A stretch of DNA of 64,000 nt, taken from NCBI GenBank assembly GCA_012026655.1, contig JAAILG010001221.1, positions 1 to 64,000 of the forward strand, written 5' to 3'. Below, one piece after another: positions 11,901-24,829 of this stretch. Each line of letters opens with the position of its first letter. Within the stretch, counting starts at the first letter, position 1. The DNA comes from Hydrolagus affinis (Eukaryota). The translations under genes were made by a program, and so were the position numbers. The notes under the pieces were generated by a model, which saw only the letters and a program-made list of their open reading frames with translations, ran no database searches and was not told where the DNA came from.

Positions 11901-13949
11901 ATAGAAATAAGAGGCACAGTGTGTCACAGAGCACATGGACATTAACGTCCTTATGTCGCTTCGCACACTACACAAAGTGAGGAGCGTTGTCTATTGCACC
12001 TGGCTTAGCAATGTTTCTAAGATTAAGTTTTTTTAAAAAGCCACTATAAGGATCCAGAGTGAGAGAAACACCTTAAAGGTTTATTGTCAAGTACAAAACT
12101 AGCAAAATAACGATGGTCTCCATTTTGATTAGAATGAGTTTTTATTAACAACAAAATAATGCACAGAACATTTATAAGAGAACCAAAAGGTATATAAAAT
12201 CCATTGTGAGATTTAGTGGATGAAGATGTATATGATGCATAAAATCACAGTTTATAAATGCAATCTCGTAGCTATTCTGTCTGTTTTTCTGCGTAATTAC
12301 TCTTATCAAGATAAAAACAAATAGAGGCTTTATGTGCTTCCTCAGATAGTCTAGAAATCTTATGCAATGCGTGATTGTTGCCAAATGTATTATCAGTGAT
12401 ACAATTGAAGCTGAGTATCGTAAACTGTGAACAAGTTAAAATATACGTAAATATTTGTATTTCCTGTGACTGTGCACATCAGTGCTGTTAGTCTACACGC
12501 TGTTTGCGCCACATGTTTCCGAACATGTTTGCTTTGTCTGGTCATTAAAGAGTGGATATTTCAAATTCTTTTATCATCCCAACTAATACAGTAATACAAA
12601 CAGATGGTAGATGGCAGCAATAGAGACATCTGCACTCCTTTCTTTGTTTATCAGAATCGGAGCTGTTGAGAAGTCAATACAATACAATACATACTGTATA
12701 TATCTAATGGCCCATTAATCAATGGTGTGCTTCACTGACAAAAATATCTAAGTGAAAGGAGGGGATTTAACCCCTTTCCAGGCAATCCATTCTTTGCAGC
12801 TCATGGCTCATTTGCCATTTTATAATGAGATGTGTGGTTTAGCAAATGTTTTAGCAGGAAATGGAACATGCAAATGTCAAGAGGCAAGATCCAGTTGCAT
12901 TAAAATGAGGCTCAGGTGAATAAAAGCAGCAGGTGAATAAAATAAAAGAGGAACAATGACCCTATATATGGAGGGTATTATTAGACCTCCATCTCACGGC
13001 TTTATGACAGATCTGTAGCAAAACACAGGTGGAATTGAAACACGGATGAAATTAAAATTCAGTGTGGACATATATAAATAGAAATACAATGACATCCTTC
13101 TGCATAAATTCTCCCCCTCCCCCTATGTTCTCGCCTTAATCTCGTCATTTAAAGATGTTAACTCATGAGGGTACAGTTTCACCTCTCAGTTTCACCATAT
13201 GGCGCCGCCAAAACCGTACCCCCTAAATTCGCTGTTAAATTTTTCATTGGACGCGAGTCTGTAAACTAGCATCATTGAGTGATGATGTATGCACTTAATG
13301 AGAATATCCAGCATCAAAACAGCGACATTTAGCAGCAAGACGATACCATCCCTGACACTGGCAGGTTTTCTTGACTTTGAGGGGATCACAGCCATCCATT
13401 CTCCTGTTCACCCCCTTTGAAAACCTGCTTCAAACGTTATAAATAGAATGTGTAGTAACCAGCCATAGAAGATAAATTTCTCTTCTTCTGAGGCTGACTG
13501 TAATCCACCAGTGACTTGGTCACTCAGGAGATGTCCAGTCAGCCTTGCTTGTGAAGTTAGATATAAGACTTCATGACTGGCCTTGACATATCCTCCGTTT
13601 CATTTCTACACAAGCAAGGCCAACTGAATGCAGCACACATACTAGAATTTAAATTTAAAAGATAAGGAATTCTGATTTATTTTATAAGCTGGGAAGCCAG
13701 AAGTAGATGTCTCATGATATAGCAACTCAACTGCGATGTCCCTGATTTTATTGAAATCAGATTTCTATTTCCTCACGGATGTTGTGATCCACATTTGCTA
13801 ACGTATGGTTTTTTTTTCCATTCGGTGAAATGGATTCCATTTCCCATCTGTGTGACATTTATTAACCAATGAAAGCAGCAAAGATTAATTCCAAGTATTG
13901 TTTTACATAACCTGCTTTCAGTGGATTGACAATGGCAGCCGTCCACTTC

Positions 13950-14111
13950 ATTTCACTTCATGGCTGTTTGTGGGTCATTGCTGTGTGCAAATTGGATCCC
14001 GTGTTCACTTACAAAATATAGTCATTTTGCTTCACAATCTATCCTGTGAAGTGCTTCGATACATCCCCCTGATGTGAAAGGTGTTTTATCAAATGCAAGA
14101 ATTATTATTAT
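13950..14111 (+). mobile_element. Deu-type SINE 3' half
   Basis: GCTGTTTGTGGGTCATTGCTGTGTGCAAATTGG...TGTGAAGTGCTT...GTGAAAGGTG...AAATGCAAG-(ATT)n. Confidence 0.75.
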
Positions 14112-14599
14112 GCAGTTTACTCAGCATATTCTATGCAAAGCAGTACACAAGATGTGCTTACATGCAACAATAGATGCAGAATGAAGGATGAATATTAAAT
14201 GCAAATATTCCCCATGGCTCTTAAAGAAATCGAGCATTTTACTAAATGAACGTTAATTATTTCTGAAAATTGTTCATCTTTGGGTTAAATGTCACAGTAA
14301 AATAAAACCGTAGAATTCAAGGCTTAATTTCGCCACGTTTCACTAGCTCTTGGCTGAAGTATTATATCAAACTCTTTATGGCATTAAAAGATTCACCTGC
14401 AGAAGGAGTACTATTTACTTTATTTTAACATTGTCAATCTTTTCAAACAGGGCCAAGAATATTCTTTGTTTTATATTTTCATAATAATTCTTCCAATGTC
14501 TTCCAATATCCCACTTTTCATTATGATGCTAATGTAGATTAATGTAGAATTGCAATCTACAATTCTATTGTAGGTACTGGAATATAACATTATTCAGTA

Positions 14600-14880
14600 T
14601 CCAAGGCCTATCTTTATGTGTGAGTCCAGGTAGGTAGTGCAAGGCACTATACAAATGTAACTGTGTTGTTGTTGTAGGGTCCATAAATTATTGAGTCAAC
14701 AACAGATTGTTGGGGGTTTATCAAGCCCAACCCCACCTGGTGCTCACACCGCATCCAGATGTGTACGCATTTTCCCGCAGAAGTTGCTGGTTAGTGACCA
14801 GGAATAAAAACTCTGGCTGTTTTGTTAGCCATGTTACCCCGGGGCCAATTGGAATTGCTCCACTCTCGATTGGCTAGTAA
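14600..14880 (-). mobile_element. AmnSINE2-like relic interrupted by a + strand L2 tail (about 14636-14674)
   Basis: ATGTGTGAGTCCAG...CATTTTCCCGCAGAAGTTGCTGGTTAGTGACCAGGAAT...CTGGCTG; insert AAGGCACTATACAAATGTAA-(GTT)n. Confidence 0.55.
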
Positions 14881-15514
14881 ATGCAAATGGGAAAAAGTTG
14901 GAAATGGCTGAAGCATTACAAGATTGGGGTATTAGGTGCTGACTGACTTGTGAGTTTGATTAAATCACTAAATCTGAAAGTTAGCAAAATACTAATACCA
15001 CAAAGGCTGGTCCGAAACCAGTCATGCGGTAAACTATTTTACCTTTCCACAACTCACCCCCATCCCCTGATTCAACAAATATTAATTGAACTAGTGTGTC
15101 TGCCAGGAATGAATGCAACTTGGAACCTTTCTTAATCACAACAGACATCTATTAAACATCTATGGATTTTATAATTATCAACCAACCATGCTTAAACATC
15201 TGTGTTTTAAGTTGTTACTTATTTTGTCATAAAAATTCCCAGACAAGGGAATTAATGACCATTTCACAAGAAACTATTTGTCATAAGGACTTTTCCTTTT
15301 CCTTAAACATTAATAATATACAGATGCTGGTACAAAGGGTAAAAGCCCAGCATACGTATGTTCCTTTAAATGTCTGCGCTTATTGTAACCAAAAGGTTTC
15401 ACTTTTGAAGATTGCCTTACTGCAGCTCTATATTTGTTTAATGGGCTGTTTTTAAGAAGCGATTGTGATCTTAACTATTTACAGTTTGAAATCACATGCT
15501 GATTAGAATCTCTC

Positions 15515-15890
15515 TGTGTGTCCATCACCCCCATCTTTGTTTGGTTCCATTGGTTCCCCAACCCTCAATGGATCCAAACCAAGATTCTCCTCCTTGTTTT
15601 CAAATGCTTACATGAGCTTTCCTTACTCTGTCCTATCTATGCATCCTCCTGTAAGTATACTACCTTAGACGTTCTATTTGTTCAGGAAATACCAGGCTGC
15701 TTCGTGTCCCCTGCCCGATTTGCCCCACAACTGGTTGGCAAGCTTTCAGCGATTTGGCCACAGCCCTCAGATCTCCATTGCTCTATTCATTCTAGATTGC
15801 CTTGTTCCCCATCCGCCACACTCAATCCTACTCCCTGGCCCTGGGCTCAGGCTCACGGAAAGCTGTGAAGTGCTTTGAGAAGTCTTCCTA
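15515..15890 (+). mobile_element. older L2 LINE 3' fragment
   Basis: Translates ITPIF..FHWFP..QWIQTKILLLVFKCLH (L2 motif ITP.L..LHWLP...RI.FKIL); ends TGTGAAGTGCTTTGAGA. Confidence 0.8.
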
Positions 15891-16356
15891 CAGTGCCTAA
15901 AATCTGATACATTTATTTCCTGCTTGTCACAATTACTGTATTCGATAACATATAGTATTAGATAACCTTCAAGACCCGTATCCTATATAATCGGACCATT
16001 TTCAATGCATCAGAAACAATCTGATAAAAATAGACATGAACGCATTGAACAGAGTTGAGGAAAGATGCAATCTGCTGTTGAAATGACCGCACTGTTCTGT
16101 AGCAGCCGACACAAGTACTGAGAACTACTTCAGGATCAATTCAAATCCTGCAATATCATTGTCAGACCTTCTGAAGAAATAAGTGGATATTTTTCCAGGG
16201 AAAATTCAGCACCACTTAACAGTCATGGTAATATTCATAGAAGCTGATAATCTGTCTACCAAAATATGAGTTAGAGTTACCAGTGCCAGAAGTGGACTAT
16301 CTGTTTTTCTGCTTTATGCTCTCGCTCTTTCTAAAAATATATATTGGGACTTTTGA

Positions 16357-16496
16357 CAAAAACACAAAATACTGCAGATGCTAGAAGTCTGAAACAAAAA
16401 CAGAAATCGCTGGGAACACTCAGCTGTCAGACAGCACCTATGGAGAAAGGAAAGTGAGTCAACATTTTGGGTCCAACGACCCTTCGTCAGAACTCA
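16357..16496 (-). mobile_element. short Penelope-type non-autonomous element with hammerhead-like motif and TSD
   Basis: Flanked by ATTGGGACTTTTGA (16343-16356) and ATTGGGACTTTGA (16497-16509); homologous to 29021-29216; minus strand TGAGTT-CTGACGA-A-GGGTC-GTTG-GACCC-AAAA-TG-TT-GACTCA. Confidence 0.75.
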
Positions 16497-16517
16497 ATTG
16501 GGACTTTGATCTCATTC

Positions 16518-16720
16518 TAAGGTGACACTACAGCGCAGTGCTGGTGGAGTGCTGCATTGCATTAGGTGTCATTCTTTGGATGAGATGGAGGGTATCCTTT
16601 GCCTGTTTGGACAGAAGTTAAAGATTCAATGACAATTTATAACATAAATTAAGAAAATGTATTTTGTTGACTGACCAAAAAGATTGACCACCAACATGCT
16701 ACTATTTGTTATCGAACACT
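16518..16720 (+). mobile_element. Deu-domain SINE relic
   Basis: TGACACTACAGCGCAGTGCTGGTGGAGTGCTGCATTG...GGTGTCATTCTTTGGATGAGATG matches recalled Deu core. Confidence 0.65.
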
Positions 16721-18818
16721 GCATCAACTGCCTTCTGACCCATGTACAAGTGCTACTGATTATAGCAGTCTTCCCTCCTTCCATATAGAACTGCCTCTCT
16801 TATAACATTGGTATCCTGTAGACCTGCACTAACTAGAAACAAGGTAGTCCTGGCTTCTGGGCACTGACTAAACTGTTAAAAACTTCCCACGCTAAAAACT
16901 GCTGTGTTCCTAGACATCACGTTGTCATTGATGTCATGTGCTGTGTCCTGTGTGCACGTGTCAGGGACAGGAACCACTTCTCACATTACTTTGCAAAGGC
17001 ATTTTGCTTACCACAAAGCCATTAGACTCAGAGGACCACATATAATGAGGTTCCTGTATATTCAGCGCAATACAATAATGTGAAGAACAAAGCTATATTT
17101 TTCATATTGCAAGGTCTAAACAATAAAATGTCAAGGAGCTATGTTATAATGGTCAGTGCAGCAATGCTCCCGAGGCCCATTAATGTGCCCTCCTCATCCA
17201 TGCACATAAACAATTTTGTCTATCTTGCTGTATATTTCCTGAGTCCATTATCTTGCTCATTAATCAACATTCCATCACATTTAGGCAGCAGCAAAGGCTC
17301 TAATTTCACTGTTTTCACCTTTCACATGAGCAGCTTCTGTAAAGTGTAGCCTCTATGCTGTGTCATGCAGCTTTTAATGATTTTCTCTGCAGGTTTTAGA
17401 AAAAGGTTAACTTATTTCCCAGACAACCACATTTTCAATAATTATATGCGCTGATTTTTTAAAATTCAAAATTAGTTTTATTAATCCTTTGGCAGCTATC
17501 AAGTGGCATATTTTGTTTTGTTGGATATAAGTGTGTACATGAGCTTTGAGAAAGGGAAACTCACAGAATTAAAATAAAATAACAATTTATTCCTGAGTCT
17601 GTAAAAAGGAAAGAAATCTTAAGTCTGCATCTAAAAAGAAACTCAGCCGTAGCCTTTGCACAAGCTCACCTGAGCATCGTAGTGTAGTGACAGAGTCTAG
17701 AAAAATCCTGTTGGCTAGATTGCCCTATCGTTGCAGCTAAAGATAGTGTGGATAGAAGCAATCAGAGAAGAAATGACAAACCTAAAGAAATAATAGTAAA
17801 ATTACACTAGCCAGGAAAAGCCAAGTACTGTATGAGCATAAATCTCAGTGTGTGTCATTAGTACAGGAATGTTAACACCCAGTGTTTATTGACTGGATTG
17901 CATTCCTAGGCATTAATTTTATAACTCCATCAACCAACGGAAGGACAGTGTAACAGGATTTTCTCTTTTGGCAACCAAAGTGCTTCTCTGTTTCTTGGGC
18001 TGGATTGCTAGAAAGTCCACCCTGGAAGTTCAGAGGCTTATAAATGGTTTTCTTTCGGCAGGACCACAGGCTGCTTTCCAACTGTTTCAGAAAATACCCA
18101 ACAAAAACTACACAGCCAACTTCAACACTGCTTCCTTCTTCACTAATCCTCGCCTTGTGAACTCACCAAACTGAAAGAAAGGCTGCTTCTTTTTCAAAGG
18201 GCAAAACTCGCTCACATTCTAATTAGTGCTGCTAATCCTCTTTATTTTACTGAGTACACATTTCATTATCTTTGCTAAATAAATGTTGAGCTATGAGAAG
18301 TGGTCAATGAAACCAGCTGAAATCTTCTCTGCCCGTTAACTAGCATCCTGAAAGAGGGTTTCTGGAAAACTTTGGTTTATCAGCATCCCACAATGCTTGA
18401 CATTTCTGCATTTCTGACATTAATCGTGTTAAGCTGCTGTCCCATATTAGTAAGGATTTAACTTCTGTTTATTTTACTCTAAATTAATATTGAAAGAAAT
18501 GACATTCTTTCTAAACCTAGTGAGGGCCTTAAAATTATTGGCCCCAGTTGAGACAAAGATTGAAATGTTGCAATTTCTTTAGTGTACCATTGAAACATAT
18601 TCCTGTGTGCACAGTTCTCCATTCATAATCTCCACTCAATATATTTATTCAGAATTCTGTTTTTGGCAATATGTCAAAGTGGAGGGGGACTGATTGGGAG
18701 GGAATTTTAGTGATGGAATTGAAGCAACTATGAAATGTTACCTTTTTCCAGTGGGTGTTTTTTTTATTGTCCCTCCTTTGTATGGTTATTAGTGATATTC
18801 TTTTCAGAAATGAACAAC

Positions 18819-18959
18819 ATAATAATAATCCTTGCATTTGATATAGCGCTTTTCACGTCTTCTAGACATCTCAAAGCGCTTCACAGAATATACTGTAAAG
18901 TGAATTGACTGTATATTTGTGGGCGAAACACAGCAGCAAATTGCGCACAGCAGCGTCCC
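18819..18959 (-). mobile_element. young 5'-truncated SINE
   Basis: ATAATAATAATCCTTGCATTTGATATAGCGCTTTTCACGTC...GCGCACAGCAGCGTCCC. Confidence 0.88.
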
Positions 18960-18982
18960 GATAATAATATTATAATCGGAAT

Positions 18983-19145
18983 AATAATGATAATAATCCT
19001 TGTATTTGATATAGCAGCTTTTGTGTCAACAGGATATCTCAAATTGCTTCACAGGAATTACTGTCAAGGGCAGTGACTGTTTTGCAAGCTAATGCACCAG
19101 GCAATCTACACACAACAATGTCTCACAACAGCTATTAAGTGAATA
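18983..19145 (-). mobile_element. older SINE 3' half
   Basis: ATAATAATCCTTGTATTTGATATAGC...AATCTACACACAACAATGTCTCACAACAGC. Confidence 0.7.
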
Positions 19146-19184
19146 TGCACAACATGCTGACTCGGAAGCGAGCATTCAACTTCA

Positions 19185-19283
19185 AAATAGTCACTACACT
19201 TTACACTATCAACAGTGAAGCACTTTGAGACATCCTCCCGATATGAAAGGCAAAGGATCAAAACCAAGGAATATAGTATTATT
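19185..19283 (+). mobile_element. older SINE/L2-type 3' tail
   Basis: AGTCACTACACTTTACAC...GTGAAGCACTTTGAGACATCCTCCCGATATGAAAGGC. Confidence 0.65.
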
Positions 19284-22200
19284 AACAATGACTGCGCTTG
19301 TGTGATAAACTGGAGAGAGTCTCTGGAAGCAAACCAGCAACAGTCAGCAACTTCAAGAGAGCTAAGGGATAAATATGGATGAGCCGTCGGTGGAGAAAAG
19401 TGGAGGTGAGTTATAACCACAGTCATCTAATTCCATGCATGGAAAATGAGAAAATCTATGGTACACAGCAATTTGTACTATGTTTTCCTTGTGAATTTAT
19501 ACTGAAAGTTCTGTGTGCAAATTATAATGGTATAAAAATGCAAGTTCTTCTCTCTATCTCAAATGCTGTCATTTACTACACTGGTACGCGATTTGAAATG
19601 CTCTGCATTAAAGGACTGCGGTCCTGAAAGAACACAGCCGAAATACCTTTAATAGTGATCACTGCTCCTCATGCTATAAACTCTGCCAGGACAATCTGTC
19701 TTGATCAATGCGGTGACATCTCACGGTAGTACTACTAATGAACGAGGTAATGAAATGTTCCATTAATAAGTGCACACCTATTTTATACATGTGCATTTGA
19801 AATTATCTTCAGTCACACAAGCAGTAAATCACGCTCTTAGATTAATTCTACGTTTTGATTTGGGGAATAACTTAAAAGACGATTTTTCCACAGGCAAAAA
19901 AAATGTTCAGATGACTAACGTATTCAACGCTGTTTAATTAATTTTTAACCTAAGATCATTAGGTTAACCGGCAGTTAGTTGTATGAGCAAAAGCACCTTA
20001 AGATTTAGTTGCTGTAACAACAGGTGTTCCTACAGATTGCCAAAGCTTCATATTTTTCTAATTACTACTGTTCCCATATTTTATTCATTTAACATAATTA
20101 CACACAAAGCTCGGGAATGATTTTTCATTGTTTAATCTCCTTTGAACACAGAGACAGAGGGAAAAAATAGACGGCACCTTGGTGCGGTTCGTTTATTTCT
20201 GTAGTGTGCTACACAAATCTGCAGACAAAAAGTTGCCAGCTGGGATTTTTTTTCCTTGAAGCAATTGGTGGTTCAGAAGGGCTCTATATGATCATTAAAT
20301 AATTCCTGAAAGCAACCACAGATGGGTTTCCAGCATCATATTGTTTTTTTTCTAACTTCTTATAACCAATTATATGGTAAGCGTTTAAACTTCTCAGTGC
20401 TCTCATGTATAGCTTTTCTCACTGAACACTCAATTGCTTTGTTTTATTTACTTGGGATTAACCCAGAGCTTCATTGCACTAAGTGTTCTGGGAACCAGGG
20501 AAGGCCCATTGAACGTGCTCACTAACCAGCCCAATTAGTGGCATTACTGCAAGACCTTTAACGAATTGGAGAGTAACAAGTCTAAACTCTTCTTGGATCT
20601 TCTGATTCTTTGGACCAATTCCTGATCTGTAAGAACTGATTCTTCTGCAAGCAAACAAATGCCATTCACAAACATTTCCAAGAGTAACTAAAGTCCAAGG
20701 ATGCACTCCCAGCTCTGATCACAGATTCACATTTCAGCCTGACATGGCCATCTCATCCTGGACCTCTTGGTAATTTACTTCTGTTCTCAGTTGAACCGGT
20801 AGGTGTCTCATCAGCATATTCTCTTTACTTGGAGGAAAGGCAAACTAGTATGAACAGATCTCACCAGAAATGCACCTCCTGACAAAAGTTACCAGATGGC
20901 CATTGACACTCAACCTGAGGATTGGCACAATCCAGACTGCCTTACATTCTTGTTTGAAGCAATGAAGAATGGTACGAATTTTAAATGGGAATGGCAAGGA
21001 ATGAATTGCTTCTGTAGCTTCTGACGCACAATAACTTGCAATCAATTTTATATATAACATCTTTCATGGAGGATAAATGACTCAACACACTTGACAATGT
21101 GGATTACAGAGCAGGGAGGAAAACAAGATGAAATTTGAGGTGTTGACTAGAATAAAGTTTAACGCTTACCAAAAGACAACATGTTGTAACTTGTTGGTTT
21201 ATTATACTTTAGAAGAATGAAATATTTTAATAAGAGTTCCTTTCAAGGGCTATATAGAAGAGACGTTTAGTAACCCAGAAATAGGTGTTGGGCTAATATT
21301 AAAATTTTCTAAAGTCTTCAATTCATTTCCAGTTTATTTTTTGTCGTGCTTTGTAGTCAGTAATGAAAAACATTTCTCTGTGGATCATAGCAAACCACAT
21401 TTCCCTTATTTATGCAGTGGATCTCTTGATATATACAGGGAAATCTCTTGTGCAGATTCATCTCGCTATAAATCTCTGGCATCAAGTCTTGTTGGAAAGG
21501 AGTCTAAAATGGACATTGCTGTCAAGAAGCATATCATCTATCCTGGGTAGCCCCATAGAGTACTGACAGCACAGTATTTCCCCCTGGTGAGATACATGCA
21601 GCACACTTCAAGATGTTCTATCAGTAATGACCATCAAAAACATTGGAATGAAACAAACACCAGGAAAAATGTAAAAACACTTCAAATTAATATGCGTTTG
21701 TCCAGCTTGTTAAAGGTTTTGTTCCGTAGGAAGCTTAGACATCTAATACCAAGATGATCTGATCTATTCTCCTCAGATGTTCTTCTACCACTGCAAAGAG
21801 CAGAGTCTTGGGGTTCTCCTGCCATTAGAGGTCAGTAATGACTCCTTGCTGAGCCAGAAATTAGATCATTCAAGAACAGCGCCATTCCCAGTAGGAGGAA
21901 CACAAAGCAATGGGTTGCCATTAAACTCACCTACTTGGACCGTTCTTTGTACCAGGGGAAGACAATCCAAATGGAATGAGTTCAGAATTGCTACAGGGGA
22001 GTGTGAGCAGAACCATCAATGAGCTTTAAATGCAATTCCCTATGAACTGCTGAAAAAAAGTACCAAACAAAGTCCATATTGGATTCATGCTGCATCTTCT
22101 TTCATTTTTAATTCAATCTGAATAAATCGCAGCACAGTACTGCTGTGTTCTGAGACATTTTATAAATGGAGATCCACAGACAAGAGCATGTTATTTGTCA

Positions 22201-24797
22201 GTGCGCCCAAATATTCACTCAATGTCTCTTTTATGCAATTGCTAAGGTTATATGTCAAAATCTGCACCTGATGTAACAACAGTCGGGAGCAAATTTTTAA
22301 ATTTATTAGAAACCCTTTCCATTCTGTGCCCCTCTCAAAACATTTTTTTATTTTGTAACCTTTCAAATCTATCTGTCTCTTCTAACTTGGCTCACTTCAT
22401 TTCTCCTGTGCAAGCTGCTTAGGCCCTTTGACACCATCTGACATTTTGTTGGCATTGCAGGTGTATCACTGTCAAGATGTTTGAGGATGTTGGACTTCTA
22501 ATAGCAATGTGCTGGATAAAGGCAAACATCACTTCGTAGTAAAAAAAGTTTAAAAAGTTGTGACAAGGCTCGGGCTAAATGTCCATCTCCACATTGCTCA
22601 TAATGCATTAGAACAGGTTTAGAGCTAATAGGATCTTAACCTGCAAATGACCAAACTAAAATAAGAAACCGAGTAAGAAACTGACTGAATGGAAGATAAA
22701 GCCTGTGTTTGGTAACCAGAAATATTCTGCTTACTGCAGGAGCTATTGGCTCAGTCAATACCTCCCAGTGAATAAGACTTTTGATCCGTTTTTCTGTTTA
22801 CGTTCTTTCACAATCTCCAAGCACCATTTGCATGCTATTTAAATGAGTTTTGATGGATTAAGATACAAGAAGCCTGTTCTGAAAGCTCTCCAACAAACAC
22901 CCCAGAAGTCCATAAAACTCTCTTTTATAAAGTAGCCAAGGAGTACTGTGAGGTTTTGCTACCATAGTGACAGCTCATAAATCATCACTTACCGTCTGCC
23001 ACTATAACTGTGACAGTTCACGCTGTCATAAAGCACTTTCTGTTAATCTTAAGGTGTTTCCATACATCATTTGTTTTTCAACAGGAATGCCATGACGACC
23101 GTGGAACACTTAAGCTTGTTATCAGGTTATTGGCTGTTCATTGCCCCCTCCCCCTCAAACGTGGTATTTCAAGTATCCTTTCCTCTTTGCATTGAGCTTT
23201 GTTTCTCAGTTTGGTTCATAAGTATATTTTGTAACGTTCACAAAGCATAGTAAACCCAGCAAAACAGGAAATATAAAGACATACAAGTTGCTATGGTGAC
23301 CCAAACTGATCAATTTTCTATCACTATTCGAAAAGAAGTATTCTGCGAAGGCTTAGAAAGTACGAATTACCAATGCAAAATGCTGGCTAACATGTTCGAC
23401 TCACAATACAAAGTTGTGCATGGCTAATTCATGAACTGAAACTGTTAAGAGCATTGGTACAGAATGAGTAATGCCTTTGACATCTGTGAAGTCCTTAGGC
23501 GTTGTTTTCTTTTTTTCTTTTATGCTTTTCAGGCGTCTTGCTGCTCTGCATATTACAACAAAATGCTTTGCATTGTAAATAGCCATAACCCAAACCAAAC
23601 TTCCCATACAGTGGCAAATACTGCATTCTGGGGATCTTTAGAGTCTGAAATGTGTTTATTTTTATATGACACACCGCAAGCTTTAAGAGTCCCGTTTATT
23701 TTGTTCCCTTTGTGCTCTGACACACTGGCTCTTTTTCAGGAATTCATATTCCGTTCTGTTCCCAAGTGGTACTTTTACCAGTTATCTATAAACCCTTTCA
23801 TAGTGTTCTAGTGCAATGAGTACACCAGCAAATGAAAAGACAGGTTTGAAAACAGTTCAGAAAATAAACAGAACAGTAACTTACAATATGTCAGTTTTCA
23901 CATTGATGGGACTATTTCCTGATTGATTTTGAAATAGAGTATAAAGTTCTCCTGCGATTAAAATTTGCTGCTAAACGCCATATACGCAAGAGATAAGACA
24001 AAAAAATTTCAAGGTGGGCTGTGCAAGTTCTACAGTTCTGATGAGTGTTGCTTTGCCTCACTTGTCCCTTTGTTGATAGTAGACCCTAGACAATCCCAAA
24101 CATTTATCAATGGGCAGTCATTTTTTCCCCACGTTTTCCACTGCAGAACCCACATCTGCCTTGAAACACTGCAAATCTTACGAATAAGCCAAGGCCATTT
24201 GGTGAACAGTATTGACACGGTATAATTCTGTATAGGGAATGATGTACAGTTCTTGAAAAGATGCAACCTCTTGTAAGCTTATCAATTGAAATGAACCCTC
24301 AGTTTTTATTTTTAAAGTTTCATATTCAGAGGCTAAAAAATTTGTTTTCTTTCCGCTGGTGTTTTCCTCACCGGCCTTTCTTGGGAACTAGGTGACAAAG
24401 GATTGCAAATTGCCAGGCGCAAATTCCGCAATAAGTTATTCGCACATTGGAAATCCGAAATGACGTAATTAATCCTCTTTACAAAGAATGAATTTTAAGT
24501 CCAGCTGTTAGCAAAATGAACTTCCACCCTGATTTTATTCCAGCACATGATACTGAAAGTTTCACAACTTTTTGGGCAACTCACAGTCCTAAGAGTGAAT
24601 GCAGGAAGCCTTACAGTGTAGTACCATGATAACAGCAAACTAATCGCACGTAAATTCTGCTTTTGTTTCCACAAATTGTCAATGTGTTTCTCAACCAGAC
24701 TGGAAATCTTTGCACCTGCCTTATCCAATTCAATTGTTACAAGTTTTATAATAAAAATCCTGACAATATACTGTAAAAGTATTTCTGAGTATGTATC

Positions 24798-24798
24798 T

Positions 24799-24829
<31 letters not shown>
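24798..24829. repeat. (TA)n microsatellite
   Basis: Seen directly. Confidence 0.9.

Noticed and set aside
22984-23045. Strong minus-strand donor CG|GTAAGT with short open frame
   Set aside because: Acceptor lacks a polypyrimidine tract; no homology.
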